A program made the translations under genes and the position numbers. The notes under the pieces were generated by a model, which searched no databases, was not told where the DNA came from, and saw only the letters and a list, made by a program, of their open reading frames with translations. DNA of 64,000 nt. Source: Gammaproteobacteria bacterium (GTDB lineage Bacteria; Pseudomonadota; Gammaproteobacteria; Arenicellales; Poriferihabitantaceae). The stretch covers positions 7,410-71,409 of the forward strand of contig JAJDTE010000018.1 in the NCBI GenBank assembly GCA_022827325.1. The letters are read 5' to 3'. How positions within the stretch are numbered: position 1 is the first letter of the stretch; each line of letters begins with the position of its first letter. Below, piece after piece: positions 57,245-64,000 of the stretch.

Positions 57245-57802
57245 ATGACCGAGAAACTCTACCTGAACGCCCAGAATCTGCTGGACGATGCCATGCGTCT
57301 CGGTGCCATGGTGGTCAACAGCGGCTTCAGGCCCAACTTCATGGTCGGCATCTGGCGCGGCGGCACGCCGATCGGCATCGCGGTGCAGGAGGTTCTGTCC
57401 TGGGCCGGGATCGAAACCGACCATATCGCGATCCGCACCTCATCCTACGACCAGTCCATCGACCGGCGGGGGCACTCCGTGCGTGTCCACGGTCTCCGCT
57501 ATCTCGTGGACCGGGTCAATGCCGAGGACGGGTTGCTCCTGGTGGACGATGTCTTCGACACAGGCCTGACCATACAGGAGGTCATCGACAAGCTGCGGCG
57601 GAAGGCGCGGCTCAACACGCCGCGCGACATCCGCGTCGCGGTTCCCTGGTACAAGCCTTCGCGCAACCTGGTCGGCAGGGCACCGGACTACTACCTGCAC
57701 GAAACCGGTCGATGGATCAAGTTTCCCCACTCCCTGGAAGGGCTGAGCGATGACGAGATACGGAAATTCCGGCCCGAAATCTGGGAGGTGCTGAACGAAT
57801 GA
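57245..57802 (+). CDS. Gpt-like phosphoribosyltransferase, paralogue B
   Basis: FMVGIWRGGTPIG...ETDHIAIRTS...LLLVDDVFDTGLT. By eye, about half the residues are identical to paralogue A. Confidence 0.8.
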   Translation: MTEKLYLNAQNLLDDAMRLGAMVVNSGFRPNFMVGIWRGGTPIGIAVQEVLSWAGIETDHIAIRTSSYDQSIDRRGHSVRVHGLRYLVDRVNAEDGLLLVDDVFDTGLTIQEVIDKLRRKARLNTPRDIRVAVPWYKPSRNLVGRAPDYYLHETGRWIKFPHSLEGLSDDEIRKFRPEIWEVLNE

Positions 57803-59238
57803 GCGACACCGACCTGTGCTATCTGACCGGTGTCGAGGCCCTGGCCCTCTTCAGAAGCGGCGACCTGTCGCCGGTGGAACTGATGCAGGCCGTGATCAGG
57901 CGGGCGGAATCCATGCAGCCCGGGATCAACGCATTCACGGACACATTCTACGAACAGGCGTTGGAGGCGGCATCCGTGGCCGAAAAACGCTATCTGGGGG
58001 GACGCCCGCGCAAACTGGAGGGCCTGCCCCTTGCCGTCAAGGATGAGTTGCGCCTCAAGGGAACCCGGCGCACCTCGTCCTCCCTGGTATTCCGGGACCG
58101 CGTGGACGACGATTCCGACGTCATCATCGACCGCCTGCTGCGTGCGGGCAGCATCCCCGTTGCCAAGACCGCCACCCCGGAGTTCTGCCTGCTCGGTTCC
58201 TGCCATTCCCGGCTTTTCGGCGTAACCCGTAATCCCTGGGACCTGGACCTGACGCCGGGCGGATCGTCCGGCGGCACGGGCGCCGCGCTGGCGGCCGGCA
58301 TGGCCATCCTCGGCACCGGCACGGATATCGGCGGCTCCATCCGGATTCCCGCGGCGCAGTGCGGCATCGTTGGCTACAAGCCGCCCTACGGGCGCAACCC
58401 CGAGGTGCCGGTCTTCAACCTGGATTTCTACAGCCATTCCGGTCCCATGACCCGCTCGGTGGCGGATGCCGCGCTGATGCAGAACGTCATCTCCGGTCCG
58501 CACAACCAGGACATCGCCACGCTCCGCAGCCGGGTCAGGCTGGATACGGAAGGTGTTCCGGAAAGCCTTGAAGGCTGGCGGATCGCCTGGTCCATGGATC
58601 TCGGGTTCATGGAAATCGACCGCGATGTCGAGAACAACACCCTGCGTGCCCTGGATACCTTCCGGGATCTTGGCGCGACCGTGGAGCACGTCGACCTCGG
58701 CTGGAACCATGAGATCATCCATGCGGCCCATTCGTACTGGTCGCACAACTGGGCGGCCACCATCCAGGGGCTGCTCGACACCCACCGCAGGGATCTTGCC
58801 GACTACACGGTCTTCTTCATCGAGCGGGCGCGCCAGTCCACCCGGGCGGATTATCTGCGCTCGCTGCAGATCAAGGTGGAAATGTACCGGGTGTTCGGTC
58901 CGCTGATGGACCGGTTCGACCTGTTCGTCTGCCCCACCCTGGCCACCAACCACATCCCGGCGGAATTCACCTGGCCGGACAGCGAGGTGCTGATCAACGG
59001 GAAAATCGTAATCTCCGACGAGGAGTACTGGTCGCTGACCTACCCTTTCAACATGCTGAGCCGCTGTCCCGCCCTCGCCGTGCCGTCGGGGGTGGGCGGT
59101 AACGGGGTGCCCACCGGCATCCAGCTGGTTGCGCGCACCTATGCCGACCGCAAGGTCATGGAGGCCGGCAAGGCCTTCGAGGCCGCGTCCGGGGCCATCC
59201 CCGGCTGGTCCCTGGACCGGCGCCTCCCTGCCGGCTGA
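57799..59238 (+). CDS. Amidase-signature family amidase
   Basis: GGSSGG motif (TPGGSSGGTGAALAAG), GTDIGGSIRIPA. ATGA overlap with the preceding PRTase. Confidence 0.9.
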   Translation: MSDTDLCYLTGVEALALFRSGDLSPVELMQAVIRRAESMQPGINAFTDTFYEQALEAASVAEKRYLGGRPRKLEGLPLAVKDELRLKGTRRTSSSLVFRDRVDDDSDVIIDRLLRAGSIPVAKTATPEFCLLGSCHSRLFGVTRNPWDLDLTPGGSSGGTGAALAAGMAILGTGTDIGGSIRIPAAQCGIVGYKPPYGRNPEVPVFNLDFYSHSGPMTRSVADAALMQNVISGPHNQDIATLRSRVRLDTEGVPESLEGWRIAWSMDLGFMEIDRDVENNTLRALDTFRDLGATVEHVDLGWNHEIIHAAHSYWSHNWAATIQGLLDTHRRDLADYTVFFIERARQSTRADYLRSLQIKVEMYRVFGPLMDRFDLFVCPTLATNHIPAEFTWPDSEVLINGKIVISDEEYWSLTYPFNMLSRCPALAVPSGVGGNGVPTGIQLVARTYADRKVMEAGKAFEAASGAIPGWSLDRRLPAG

Positions 59239-59264
59239 TCCGCCCCCGCCACCCGGAAAACGCC

Positions 59265-60293
59265 ATGCTGACCGTCTACAGCCCCGACCACGAGCTGCGC
59301 AACGCGAAAACCGAACTCTACGGCGGGGAACTGGTGCCGCCGTTCGAATGCCCGGAGCGCATGCAGTTTGTCCTCGAACGGATTCGCGAGGTGCGGCTTG
59401 GCAAGGTGATCGGACCCGAGGACTTCAGCATCGACCCCGTGCTTCGCGTACACGACCGGGAGTTTGTGGAATTCCTGCAATCCTGCTGGGCCGAATGGCA
59501 GGCCACGGGGTACCGGGGCGAGGCCATTCCCTGCGTCTTTCCCGCCCGGGGCATGCAGCAGCGCATCCCGGATCACATCGAGGGCCGGCTGGGTTACTAT
59601 GCCATGGCGCTCGAGACTTCCATCTGCGAGGGGACATGGACCGCGGCCCGTGCCAGTGCGAACGTGGCGCTCACCGCCCAGTCCAGGGTCCGGTCCGCCG
59701 GCGACAGCGTCTTCGCCCTTTGCCGCCCGCCCGGGCACCATGCATCCGCCGACCAGTACGGCGGCTATTGCTTCATCAACAACGCCGCGGTCTGCGCCCA
59801 GGCCTTCCTGGACCAGGGTGCATCGAGAGTCGCGGTCCTGGACGTGGACTTTCATCACGGCAACGGCACCCAGGCCATTTTCTATCACCGGGACGACGTG
59901 CAGTTCGTCTCCCTTCACGGCGATCCCAGGGAGGCCTTCCCCCATTTTCTCGGGTATGCCGACGAAACCGGTGCCGGCCCCGGGGAGGGCTTCAACCACA
60001 ATTATCCCCTCGGTCCCGGTACCGCCTACGATACCTGGGGCGAGGCGCTGAGGCACGCCTGCAACCGGATCCGGGAGTACGGTCCCGACGCACTGGTGGT
60101 TTCGCTGGGGGTGGATACCTTCGAGGATGACCCGATCTCTTTTTTCCGGCTCACCTCGGACGATTTCAGGCGCTACGGCACGACCATCGCCGCACTGGAC
60201 CTCCCCACGCTGTTCATCATGGAGGGCGGCTACGCGGTGGAGGAGATCGGCATCAACACCGTGAACGTCCTCATCGGTTTCGAGGGGCACTGA
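59265..60293 (+). CDS. Histone-deacetylase-family amidohydrolase (acetylpolyamine amidohydrolase-like)
   Basis: RPPGHHA, LDVDFHHGNGTQ and MEGGY motifs. Confidence 0.9.
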   Translation: MLTVYSPDHELRNAKTELYGGELVPPFECPERMQFVLERIREVRLGKVIGPEDFSIDPVLRVHDREFVEFLQSCWAEWQATGYRGEAIPCVFPARGMQQRIPDHIEGRLGYYAMALETSICEGTWTAARASANVALTAQSRVRSAGDSVFALCRPPGHHASADQYGGYCFINNAAVCAQAFLDQGASRVAVLDVDFHHGNGTQAIFYHRDDVQFVSLHGDPREAFPHFLGYADETGAGPGEGFNHNYPLGPGTAYDTWGEALRHACNRIREYGPDALVVSLGVDTFEDDPISFFRLTSDDFRRYGTTIAALDLPTLFIMEGGYAVEEIGINTVNVLIGFEGH

Positions 60294-60305
60294 GAAGGCC
60301 GCGTC

Positions 60306-61619
60306 ATGCCGGTCCCGGACAGCGATCGCCCCCGCCTCGACGCAGCGCTCGCCAAGGCGCGGGCGCGTTATGTCACCGACAACCCGGCATCGGAGGCGGC
60401 GCATCACCAGGCCCGGCAGTTCATGCCCGGCGGCAACACCCGCACGATTCTGTACCATGATCCCTTTCCCCTGCGCGTGGTATCCGGACACGGCCCCCGC
60501 ATCACCGATGCCGACGGCCATGAGTACCTGAATCTCCTGGGGGAATACACCGCGGGGCTGTTCGGGCATACCCATCCGGTGATCCGGGCCGCCATCGACA
60601 GCGCGCTGGACGGCGGCATCAACCTGAGTGCGCACAATACCCATGAGATCCGCCTGGCGGAACTGGTCTGTGGGCGGTTTCCGTCCATCGAGCGGGTCCG
60701 TTTCACCAATTCGGGCACCGAAGCGAACCTGATGGCCATCGCCACCGCCCGGCATCACACCGGCCGCAGTAGGGTCATGGTCATGCACGGCGGCTACCAT
60801 GGCGGCCTGCTCTATTTCGGCGGCGGCGGCATTCCCATCAATGCCCCCTATGATTTCGTGCTGGGACGGTTCAACCGGATTGACGCCACCCGCGAACTCA
60901 TCCGCGGCAACGCCGGCGACCTGGCCTGTGTCCTGGTCGAGCCGATGATGGGTTCCGCAGGGTGCCTGCCCGCGGATCCTGATTTTCTCCAGATGCTGCG
61001 GGAGGAAACCCGGAATGCGGGCACCATCCTCATCTTCGATGAAGTGATGACCTCCCGCCTGTCACCGGGCGGTGCACAGCAGCACTACGATGTGCTGCCG
61101 GACCTCACCACGCTCGGCAAGTACATCGGCGGCGGGATGTCATTCGGCGCCTTCGGCGGCACCCAGGAAATCATGGCGATGTACGACCCGGGGCGGCCGA
61201 ATGCCATGCCCCATGCCGGCACCTTCAACAACAACATCCTGAGCATGGCCGCGGGCGCAGCGGCGATGGGAGAGGTGTTCACCCCCCTGGCGGCCACTGC
61301 GCTCAATGCACGGGGGGACGCCCTGCGCCGGAGACTGAACACCATGGCCGAGGAGTGCGGCGCCCCGGTCCACCTGACCGGGATCGGCTCGCTGATGAAC
61401 CTGCACGGCTGCCGTACGGAGATCCGCGACCCGCAGGACCTGGACGCCAGCGATGACCGGATCAAGCAGCTGGTGTACCTGGACCTGCTGGAGCGTGGTT
61501 TCTATATTGCCCGAAGGGGCTTTGTCGCGTTGATGCTGCCGCACACCGACAGGGACCTTAACGCGTTCTCGGAAACCATGGAGGACATCCTGGAACAGCA
61601 CGCCGGGACCTGGAACTGA
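60306..61619 (+). CDS. Class-III PLP aminotransferase (glutamate-1-semialdehyde aminomutase-like)
   Basis: FTNSGTEANLMAI, IFDEVMTSR, and TLGKYIGGG (PLP lysine). Confidence 0.88.
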   Translation: MPVPDSDRPRLDAALAKARARYVTDNPASEAAHHQARQFMPGGNTRTILYHDPFPLRVVSGHGPRITDADGHEYLNLLGEYTAGLFGHTHPVIRAAIDSALDGGINLSAHNTHEIRLAELVCGRFPSIERVRFTNSGTEANLMAIATARHHTGRSRVMVMHGGYHGGLLYFGGGGIPINAPYDFVLGRFNRIDATRELIRGNAGDLACVLVEPMMGSAGCLPADPDFLQMLREETRNAGTILIFDEVMTSRLSPGGAQQHYDVLPDLTTLGKYIGGGMSFGAFGGTQEIMAMYDPGRPNAMPHAGTFNNNILSMAAGAAAMGEVFTPLAATALNARGDALRRRLNTMAEECGAPVHLTGIGSLMNLHGCRTEIRDPQDLDASDDRIKQLVYLDLLERGFYIARRGFVALMLPHTDRDLNAFSETMEDILEQHAGTWN

Positions 61620-61679
61620 CCCCGCCAGCACCGGGCCCGACAAGGTTTTCCCGGGCCTGCCCGATACAGCCAGGAAAAA

Positions 61680-62927
61680 CTATTCCGGCTTGCCGGTATT
61701 TCCTCCCAATACACCCGCTTTACCCAATCGCTCAAGCTCCTCGCTGTCCAGTCCGAGCACTTCCCTCAGCACGCGCCCGGTATCCTCCCCAAGCAGGGGC
61801 GCGGCACGGCGGTAGGTTGCCGGGGTCCGGGAGAAATTCAGCGGACTGGCCACGCCCGCCACCGTTCCCGACAGGGGATGGTCCAGTTCGATCCGCATGC
61901 CCCTGGCCTCGATCTGGGGCATCTCGAATGTCTCGGCGATATTGTTGATGGCCGAGGCAGGCACCCCTTCCCGGGGCAGGTGTTCCAGCCAGTAGGCGCT
62001 CGGGCGCTTCTCGAACTCCCGCTCCAGCTCGACCTCGAGAGCCGCGCGATTCCGGTTGCGCTCCGGGTTGGTCGAGAAACGCGCGTCTTCGGCCAGTTCT
62101 GGCCGCCCGAGAAAACGGCACAGGTCGGTGAACTGGGTGTCGTTACCCACGGCGATGATGATGTTCCCGTCCTGGGTGCGGAATGGCTGGTAGGGCGCAA
62201 GGCTGGGATGCCACTTGCCGGTCAGTCCAGGCAGCACGCCGCCGGTCAGGTAGCTGGACGCCTGGTTTGCCAGCCAACCCACCAGGGTATCGAGCAGCGC
62301 CAGATCAATGTACTGCCCTTCCCCGGTGCGGTCCCGATGATGCAGCGCCGAGAGAATGCCGATGGTCGCATACAGGCCGGTGGTGATGTCGGACACTGCG
62401 ATACCGACCCGCTGGGGCCCACCCCCGGGGGTATCTTCCGGCCGGCCGGTGATGCTCATGAGCCCGCCCAGCCCCTGGATCAGGTAGTCGTATCCCGGCT
62501 GGTCCGCCATGGGCCCGGTCTGACCGAAACCGGTGATGGAAACGTAGATCAGCCCCGGCTGCTCCCGGGAAAGGGTCTCCCAGTCGAGCCCGTACCTGGC
62601 GAGTCCGCCGACCTTGAAGTTCTCGATGAAGATGTCGCTCTTCTGTACAAGCTGCCGGAGCAGACGCTGGCCTTCCGGCTTTTGTATGTCGATGGCCAGC
62701 GAGGCCTTGTTGCGGTTGGCCGACAGGTAGTAGGAAGACTCCCCGGTTGGGTTGCCCTGCGTGTCCCGGAGCCAGGGAGGACCCCACTGGCGCGTGTCGT
62801 CGCCGCGCGCCGGGCGTTCCACCTTGATGACCTCGGCGCCCAGGTCACCCAGTATCTGGGTGCACCAGGGACCGGCGAGAATCCGGGACAGGTCGATGAC
62901 CCGGATTCCCTCAAGCGGTCCCGCCAT
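61680..62927 (-). CDS. Family III CoA-transferase (CaiB/BaiF)
   Basis: ATG 62927 gives MAGPLEGIRVIDLSRILAGPWCTQILGDLGAEVIKVERP. Confidence 0.88.
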   Translation of the reverse strand: MAGPLEGIRVIDLSRILAGPWCTQILGDLGAEVIKVERPARGDDTRQWGPPWLRDTQGNPTGESSYYLSANRNKASLAIDIQKPEGQRLLRQLVQKSDIFIENFKVGGLARYGLDWETLSREQPGLIYVSITGFGQTGPMADQPGYDYLIQGLGGLMSITGRPEDTPGGGPQRVGIAVSDITTGLYATIGILSALHHRDRTGEGQYIDLALLDTLVGWLANQASSYLTGGVLPGLTGKWHPSLAPYQPFRTQDGNIIIAVGNDTQFTDLCRFLGRPELAEDARFSTNPERNRNRAALEVELEREFEKRPSAYWLEHLPREGVPASAINNIAETFEMPQIEARGMRIELDHPLSGTVAGVASPLNFSRTPATYRRAAPLLGEDTGRVLREVLGLDSEELERLGKAGVLGGNTGKPE

Positions 62928-62952
62928 GTCCTGGGAACAGGCCGCGTCCGGA

Positions 62953-64000
62953 TCAGACGCGCTCGAACAGGGCGGCAATGCCCTGGCCGCCGCCGATGCA
63001 CATGGTCACCACTGCCAGCCGTCCGCCGGTACGCTCAAGCTCGGAGATGGCCTTCACGGTGATGATGGCCCCGGTGGCACCGATGGGATGTCCCAGGGCG
63101 ATACCGCTGCCGTTGGGGTTCAGCTTGTCGTCCGGCAGGCCGAGATCCCGGGCCACCGCAATGGCCTGGGCGGCGAACGCCTCGTTGACCTCCCAGACGT
63201 CGATGTCCCCGACCGAGTAGTCGGTGTTCTCCAGCAGGTTCCTCACCGCCGGGACCGGGCCGATTCCCATGTACTTCGGCTCCACGCCGGCAAAGGCGTA
63301 CTTGAGCAGCTTCGCCCGCGGCTTGACCCCGCTGTCCTCCACGGCTTTGCCTGACATCAGCACGACGGCGGCGGCGCCGTCATTGATGCCGGACGCGTTG
63401 CCCGCGGTCACGGTGCCGTCCTTCTTGAACACCGAGCGAAGCTTCTGCATGTCCTCCGGGGACGCGTTGAATCGCACGTGCTCGTCCTGTTCGAACACCG
63501 TGGTGCCCTTGCGGGACTTGAGCTCGAGGGGCAGGATCTGGTCCTTGAATCGGCCGCTTTCGATGGCGTTCTGGGCGCGCTGGTGGCTGGAGAGCGCCAG
63601 TGCGTCCTGGTCCTCCCGCGTGACGTCCCATTTCTCCGCGACGTTCTCCGCGGTGACACCCATGTGGTACAGCTCGATGGGGCAGTTCAGCGCCGCCACC
63701 ATCATGTCCACCATCTTCGCGTCACCCATCCGGTTGCCGAACCGGGCGCCTTCCGCGACATAGCCCGCGCGGCTCATGGATTCCACGCCGCCGCCCACCG
63801 CGGTATCGCAAAGCCCCAGCTGTATCTGCTGGGACGCGGTGACGATGGCCTGCAGTCCGCTGCCGCAGAGCCGGTTGACGGTGACCGCGGGGGTTTCATG
63901 GGGCAGGCCGCCGCCCAGTGCCGCCACCCGCGAGATGTACATGTCCTGGGCCTCGGTGTGGATCACGTTGCCGATGGCGCAGTGGCCGACGGTTTCCGGT
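62953..64000 (-). CDS. Acetyl-CoA acetyltransferase (thiolase), 5' end outside window
   Basis: VNRLCGSGLQ (active-site Cys), NEAFAAQ, GHPIGATG and CIGGGQG. The frame stays open to nt 64000. Confidence 0.92.
   Translation of the reverse strand, partial: PETVGHCAIGNVIHTEAQDMYISRVAALGGGLPHETPAVTVNRLCGSGLQAIVTASQQIQLGLCDTAVGGGVESMSRAGYVAEGARFGNRMGDAKMVDMMVAALNCPIELYHMGVTAENVAEKWDVTREDQDALALSSHQRAQNAIESGRFKDQILPLELKSRKGTTVFEQDEHVRFNASPEDMQKLRSVFKKDGTVTAGNASGINDGAAAVVLMSGKAVEDSGVKPRAKLLKYAFAGVEPKYMGIGPVPAVRNLLENTDYSVGDIDVWEVNEAFAAQAIAVARDLGLPDDKLNPNGSGIALGHPIGATGAIITVKAISELERTGGRLAVVTMCIGGGQGIAALFERV

Noticed and set aside
1-64000. Search by eye for CRISPR arrays, rRNA/tRNA genes, IS elements, integrases or long tandem repeats.
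   Set aside because: None were found. The accessory islets have no recognisable recombinase or terminal inverted repeats, so their mobility mechanism cannot be stated.

Overview
This is a high-GC, densely coding chromosomal segment of gammaproteobacterial type. GC content was judged by eye only. I call about 58 protein-coding genes and found no rRNA, tRNA, CRISPR array, transposase or integrase.

Layout, left to right:
(1) A TerC-family membrane protein, then a TPR protein and an L,D-transpeptidase that share a C-terminal NTF2-like module.
(2) A solitary 1043-aa PLD-nuclease/SF2-helicase/DUF3427 ORF.
(3) A tkt-pgk-fba carbon-fixation/glycolysis block preceded by an IMPase-family gene.
(4) A Pil-Chp twitching-motility chemosensory cluster: pilG, a degenerate pilH-like gene, pilI, pilJ, chpA and a cheW-like gene. 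The far side is syntenic with the Pseudomonas aeruginosa PA0401-0408 region (tonB3-like, yqgE, ruvX, pyrR, pyrB, inactive pyrC').
(5) Housekeeping genes: degP, cysE, a DUF924 protein, a J-domain protein, speB, a PBP transpeptidase, thyA and folA.
(6) A long amine/polyamine-type catabolic region. It holds two OYE/TMADH-like flavoenzymes, a LysR regulator, potABCD, an HpaB-like monooxygenase and a flavin-reductase::LysR-effector-domain fusion. It also holds a fused B12 mutase-like enzyme, an M20 deacylase, two head-to-head Gpt-like phosphoribosyltransferases, an amidase, an HDAC-like amidohydrolase, a class-III aminotransferase, a CoA-transferase and a thiolase.

Two visibly AT-richer accessory insertions interrupt the catabolic region. 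One is a DUF433 + HigB/HigA toxin-antitoxin islet (about 36.4-38.3 kb). The other is an AbiL-like AAA-ATPase + RloB cassette (about 49.2-51.6 kb) next to an AlkB-like dioxygenase that is preceded by a perfect 18-bp-arm palindrome.

The best candidates for something undescribed are the PLD-helicase-DUF3427 enzyme, the flavin-reductase/LysR-domain fusion, the B12 mutase-like operon, and the decayed pilG-pilH junction. All calls rest on motif recognition by eye. No database search or computation was run.
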